The notes below the pieces were generated by a model. That model saw only the letters and a list, made by a program, of their open reading frames with translations, searched no databases and had not been told where the DNA came from. From Eubacteriales bacterium (lineage in GTDB: Bacteria > Bacillota > Clostridia > Oscillospirales > CAG-272), in NCBI GenBank assembly GCA_045658205.1, contig JAZOUM010000036.1, positions 1-63,292 on the forward strand: a DNA stretch of 63,292 bases. Direction: 5' to 3'. Both the position numbers and the translations under genes were made by a program. Positions 59,333 through 63,292 of this stretch are shown piece by piece. The stretch's first letter is position 1, and each line of letters starts with the position of its first letter.

Positions 59333-60829
59333 ATGAAAGTAGTAAATATTATGAACTTTGCGCGTTCGTATGAACCTCGCAACCTTGACGTTGAAAAAAA
59401 GCTTATTGATACCACAAGACAACAGCTCGATCTTGTAAACGAGCTTGGAGTTGAAGCTACGTTTCTTCTTCAATATGACGTAATATGTAACGATAAATTC
59501 GTTAATATCATAAAAGAGAGAGCGGGGAATAACATTGAGCTTGGCTTTTGGTACGAGGTTGTAGAGCCATTGACTACTGCGTGCGGTATGAAATACGAGA
59601 GTGAGCGAGGCTGGAAGTGGGATTGGTTTGTAAAACCCGGATTCAGTATGTCCTACAGTATTTCCGACCGTGAATTGTTGATCAATGAGGCTATGCGTAA
59701 ATTCAGAGAGGTATTCGGATATTATCCACGCACAGTAGGCTCTTGGGCTATAGATACTCACACAGTCAACTACCTAAATGATAATTACGATATAGACGCT
59801 ATTTGCTTCTGCAGAGACCAGATCAACACCGATGCCTATACCTTTGTAGGCGGTTACTTTAACCAAGCGTATTATCCCTCGCGCAACAATATGTTTACTC
59901 CGGCGCAAACCGATAATTTACAGGTAAATACACCCGTTTTCAGATTGCTCGGTTCAGATCCTATTCACAACTACGACTACGGTAAGTATAAAGGTGAAAA
60001 CACCGGTAGAGGCCCATACACAATGGAGCTTGTCTATAAAGAGACGAGCGGCGGTAACCCAAGGATAGTTGATTGGTATTTAAAGAACTATTTTAAAAAC
60101 GAGGATCTCGGCTTCTCATATATGCAAATAGGCCAGGAAAACAGCTTTGCGATGTTTGATATCATTACTCCCCTTCGTATGCAAATAGAGAAGGTAAAAA
60201 AGCTTGGTGACGTAAAAATAGAGAAGATGTGTGATACAGGACGCGCATTCAAGGAGAAATTTAAATCTACGCCGACAACCTCGGTATGCGCTCTTGATAA
60301 CTGGGACACGCGCGACTGTCAATCGGTTTGGTACGACTCCAAAAACTATACCGCAAATATAATGAGAGTTGATGATAAAATATTTATACGCGCTCTATAT
60401 TTATTTGACGAAAGAATATCCGATTATTATAACGATAAAAAATGCGAGACCTTCGATGCGGTATATGAAAACCTTCCAATAGTGGATACCGCATATCAAA
60501 AGGGTGATACTGACGGTGGTTACGGTATTTTGCTTGACTGTAATGCGCACACCTTTGACGTCGTAAAAAGCGATGATGGCGAGTTAACAGTTTATTGGGA
60601 TGATAAATCATTAATATTCAAAGAGGATAGGATTTTAATAAATAATTGTAAACTATCTTTTACATATTCCATGAGTAATACTAAAATATCCACAACCACC
60701 AATTCTATCAATTACGAATATAAGGGTACAAAATATTCACTTGATATCCTCGGCGCGACAGTAGAACAAGTTGACAAAACAATAACCTTAAGCGGTGAAA
60801 AAATAACTCTTATTCCTAAAAGAAAGTAA
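59333..60829 (+). CDS. hypothetical protein, possibly a carbohydrate-active enzyme (no family confidently recognised)
   Basis: 498 aa with no signal peptide. The ATG at 59333 follows TGGAG. It is followed 10 nt later by the GH127-like gene. The N-terminal MNFARSYEPR...GFWYEV pattern vaguely recalls (beta/alpha)-barrel glycan-processing DUFs. Confidence 0.6.
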   Translation: MKVVNIMNFARSYEPRNLDVEKKLIDTTRQQLDLVNELGVEATFLLQYDVICNDKFVNIIKERAGNNIELGFWYEVVEPLTTACGMKYESERGWKWDWFVKPGFSMSYSISDRELLINEAMRKFREVFGYYPRTVGSWAIDTHTVNYLNDNYDIDAICFCRDQINTDAYTFVGGYFNQAYYPSRNNMFTPAQTDNLQVNTPVFRLLGSDPIHNYDYGKYKGENTGRGPYTMELVYKETSGGNPRIVDWYLKNYFKNEDLGFSYMQIGQENSFAMFDIITPLRMQIEKVKKLGDVKIEKMCDTGRAFKEKFKSTPTTSVCALDNWDTRDCQSVWYDSKNYTANIMRVDDKIFIRALYLFDERISDYYNDKKCETFDAVYENLPIVDTAYQKGDTDGGYGILLDCNAHTFDVVKSDDGELTVYWDDKSLIFKEDRILINNCKLSFTYSMSNTKISTTTNSINYEYKGTKYSLDILGATVEQVDKTITLSGEKITLIPKRK

Positions 60830-60839
60830 GGAGAAATAA

Positions 60840-62639
60840 ATGTCTGTAAAAAACAAGTTTAACTATCTCGGGATAGCTGAGGCAAAATATTCCGGCGCGG
60901 TTCACGACTACGTGCTTATAACCGAGCGTCATCAGCTTCTCGATAAAAAAACGTGGGACAAATTTGTCGAGGTATTTACCGAAGATTCGGACGACCACGA
61001 TATAGGTTGGAGATGCGAATACTGGGGTAAAATGATGCGAGGTGCTTGTCTCACTTATAGATATCACGGTGACGATGAGCTTTACTCAATGCTTGAATAT
61101 GCGGTACGCGAGCTTCTCAAGGTTCAAAGAGATGACGGTAGATTTTCTACCTATTCCGAGAAGATGCAGTTCAACGGCTGGGATCTTTGGGGTAGAAAAT
61201 ACGTACTTACCGGTATGATGCACTTTATGGATATCTGCAAGGATGAGACTCTCAAAGAGCAGATCCTTAAGGCTATCTGTCGCCATGCGGATTACATAGT
61301 GGAGAAGATTGGCAATAAAGAAGGACAAAAGAGCATACTTGAGACGTCGAGCCATTGGCTTTGTCTCAACTCTTGCACAATTCTTGAGCCCTTCGTTGAA
61401 CTTTACAAGAGAACGAAAAAGCAGTCTTATCTCGATTTTGCGGAATATATCATAGGACTTGGCGGATGTGCCGGCGGTAATCTTATAGATCTCGCTATCC
61501 TTGACGATATCGCCCCTTATGAGTATCCTGTAAACAAGGCATACGAGATGATGTCGTTCTTTGAAGGACTTCTTGCTTACTACGAGCTTACCGGTGAAGA
61601 AAAATATCTTGACGCCGTTACTAAATTTGTAGAGAAGATCAACGAGACCGACGTTACCATCATCGGTTGCTCAGGCTGCACTCATGAGCTTTTTGATAAT
61701 TCCATCATCAAACAGACCGAGTATAACGACGTGCAAATGCAGGAGACCTGTGTCACGGTTACCTGGATGAGAGTACTTGCAAGACTACATTTGCTCACTG
61801 GTAAGGTAGAGTACATTGACCGTATTGAAAAATCCGCATTCAACGCGCTTTACGGTAGCATTAATACAAAGAATGAAAAGGGCTTCTCTATCGAGGACGG
61901 CGAGTTCCTTGATCCTGTTATTTTTGATAGCTACAGCCCCCTTTACAATAACCGTCGCGGCTTTGTTACCGGTGGCTTCAAGAGATTCCGTACAGGTGGA
62001 TTCTATGGCTGTTGCGCTTGTATAGGATCTGCCGGTACAGGCATTTTCCCTCTTCTCGGCGTACTGAAGAGTGAGTCCGGAATAGTTATAAACGAGGCGT
62101 TTGAGGGTGTGGTAAATACTACCACTCCGAGTGGAAAGACTCTTACGTTAAATGCAGTTACCGACTATCCCGTGTCGGATAAATACGCCCTCGCACTCTT
62201 CCTTGAGGATGACGAGAAGTTTGAGCTTCTTGTAAGAATCCCCGATTGGTGCGATGAGGCTACAATCACCGTGGGTGACGAGATAAAGAAGGTTTACCCG
62301 GGATACGTGTCGATAAATCGCACCTGGTCTGACGGTGATACTGTATCTATCGAATTCCCATTGTATTTAAAATCTCATCATCTTAACGGTAAAACAGCTT
62401 ATACTTACGGACCTCTCGTTCTCGCGCGTGACGAGATGAAGGAAGGTAAGAAAACCGACTCTGAATTTATCCCCACGGCGCATAACGCGTACAAAATCAT
62501 CCCCGCCAACGAGGGTGAGCTTTTGCGTATCCTTCTTGAATGCGAGGGTGAAGACGTGCTACTTACCGACTACGCGTCATGCGGCAAGTATTGGACTAAT
62601 AAAAACGCAAAGGTTTCTGTTTGGCTTAATGCAAAATAA
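60840..62639 (+). CDS. DUF1680 / glycoside hydrolase family 127-like protein (beta-L-arabinofuranosidase-like)
   Basis: (alpha/alpha)6-like N-terminal half, plus QETCVTVTW (E-x-C) and YGCCACIG (C-C) motifs that resemble the Zn/cysteine catalytic signature of GH127. Confidence 0.7.
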   Translation: MSVKNKFNYLGIAEAKYSGAVHDYVLITERHQLLDKKTWDKFVEVFTEDSDDHDIGWRCEYWGKMMRGACLTYRYHGDDELYSMLEYAVRELLKVQRDDGRFSTYSEKMQFNGWDLWGRKYVLTGMMHFMDICKDETLKEQILKAICRHADYIVEKIGNKEGQKSILETSSHWLCLNSCTILEPFVELYKRTKKQSYLDFAEYIIGLGGCAGGNLIDLAILDDIAPYEYPVNKAYEMMSFFEGLLAYYELTGEEKYLDAVTKFVEKINETDVTIIGCSGCTHELFDNSIIKQTEYNDVQMQETCVTVTWMRVLARLHLLTGKVEYIDRIEKSAFNALYGSINTKNEKGFSIEDGEFLDPVIFDSYSPLYNNRRGFVTGGFKRFRTGGFYGCCACIGSAGTGIFPLLGVLKSESGIVINEAFEGVVNTTTPSGKTLTLNAVTDYPVSDKYALALFLEDDEKFELLVRIPDWCDEATITVGDEIKKVYPGYVSINRTWSDGDTVSIEFPLYLKSHHLNGKTAYTYGPLVLARDEMKEGKKTDSEFIPTAHNAYKIIPANEGELLRILLECEGEDVLLTDYASCGKYWTNKNAKVSVWLNAK

Positions 62640-62661
62640 AATATAAGAAAGGACAATTATT

Positions 62662-62916
62662 ATGAAAAAGAACGTATTAAGAATGATCAGTATTGTAATG
62701 ATACTCGTTATGGTAGTATTTACCTTTGCTTCTTGCCAAAGCGTAGACGTTTCAAACGAGGCTTATGAGGACTCAAACGACACAGTACACGACACCTGTT
62801 CTCATATCTGTCACAGCGACAATCCTGTCCTTCAGTTTGTTTGGAGTATAATAAAATCTCTTAGCAAGGCTACCGGATTTGAAAAATACTGCATCTGCCA
62901 TAGAGCTCATTATTAA
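62662..62916 (+). CDS. small Cys/His-rich lipoprotein
   Basis: Signal peptide with lipobox FASC. The mature part contains CSHICH and CICHRAHY clusters. AAAGGA SD. It starts 22 nt after the GH127-like gene. Confidence 0.6.
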   Translation: MKKNVLRMISIVMILVMVVFTFASCQSVDVSNEAYEDSNDTVHDTCSHICHSDNPVLQFVWSIIKSLSKATGFEKYCICHRAHY

Positions 62917-62925
62917 ATTTTGATT

Positions 62926-62978
62926 AAAAAAAACTGAGTCTTTTGTCAAAAGCATTCGACTCAGTTTTTTGTTTTTTT
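62926..62978 (+). terminator. intrinsic terminator after the small lipoprotein gene
   Basis: AAAAAAAACTGAGTC ... GACTCAGTTTTTTGTTTTTTT. Confidence 0.7.
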
Positions 62979-62995
62979 ACGCTATAAAATATAAG

Positions 62996-63094
62996 AGCGA
63001 GGAAACGGGAATAGAAAAAATTTCCTCTTATATTTTTTCTTACTCTTATTTATGTTTATAATAAAATTAAAGAGTGAGAATTTTTTTTCCTCAC
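62996..63094 (+). repeat. roughly 99-nt intergenic repeat, copy 1
   Basis: AGCGAGGAAACGGGAATAGAAAAAATTTCCTC.TATATTTTTTCTTACTCTTATTTATGTTTATAATAAAATTAAAGAGTGAGAATTTTTTT(T)CCTC recurs at 63197-63292 with one substitution and one T-length difference. Confidence 0.85.
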
Positions 63095-63196
63095 TCTTTT
63101 TATTTTTTCGTTTTCGGCAAAATACCGAAGCCACGGCAAAGGGATTTTGTGCGAAAATTTCCGGCTGACGAGCGAAAATCGTACAACGGTACGATA

Positions 63197-63292
63197 AGCG
63201 AGGAAACGGGAATAGAAAAAATTTCCTCCTATATTTTTTCTTACTCTTATTTATGTTTATAATAAAATTAAAGAGTGAGAATTTTTTTCCTC
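63197..63292 (+). repeat. roughly 99-nt intergenic repeat, copy 2 (truncated by the window end)
   Basis: See copy 1. The period is about 201 bp. Confidence 0.85.

Noticed and set aside
62996-63292. Whether the terminal repeats are a CRISPR array.
   Set aside because: The repeat unit is about 99 nt with internal hairpins and promoter-like sequence, the period is about 201 bp, only two copies are visible, and no cas genes are present.

Overview
This is a 63.3-kb chromosomal segment that looks like a spore-forming Firmicute of the Clostridia type. The supporting markers are spoIIE, an hrcA-grpE-dnaK-dnaJ operon with a CIRCE operator, a T-box leader on ileS, rny/ymdB, addA, and soj/spo0J with consensus parS sites. 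About 46 CDS are supported, and most are housekeeping: trpS, ileS, birA-type ligase, addA, truB, spoIIE, ribF, prmA, rsmE, the dnaK operon, rny, ymdB, mnmG, lysS, greA, parA and parB. By eye I found no rRNA, tRNA, CRISPR array, cas gene, transposase, integrase or recognisable defence system, and I cannot point to one clear novel multi-gene system. The parts that housekeeping does not explain are: (1) a roughly 1-kb AT-rich cassette (lipoprotein plus a 24-aa hydrophobic peptide) bracketed by 73-bp direct repeats that duplicate the dnaJ terminator and last codons; (2) two cytoplasmic heparinase II/III-like paralogs, each placed directly in front of a housekeeping gene (ribF, ymdB), one of them splitting the conserved rny-ymdB pair; (3) a 1.3-kb gene-free AT-rich tract upstream of parA with internal short repeats, an orphan terminator and two of three perfect parS palindromes; (4) a 1131-aa lipoprotein with seven tandem Cys-containing modules plus BspA-type LRRs, packed behind truB and an addA that has no adjacent addB; (5) an exported trigger-factor-like protein and a 1030-aa secreted helical/LamG-like protein; (6) trpS with no canonical start codon (apparent ATA start); (7) a roughly 100-nt element repeated with a roughly 201-bp period at the window end. 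The long antisense ORFs in the track are codon-aligned shadow ORFs and were rejected. All family assignments come from motif recognition by eye and need a homology search to confirm.
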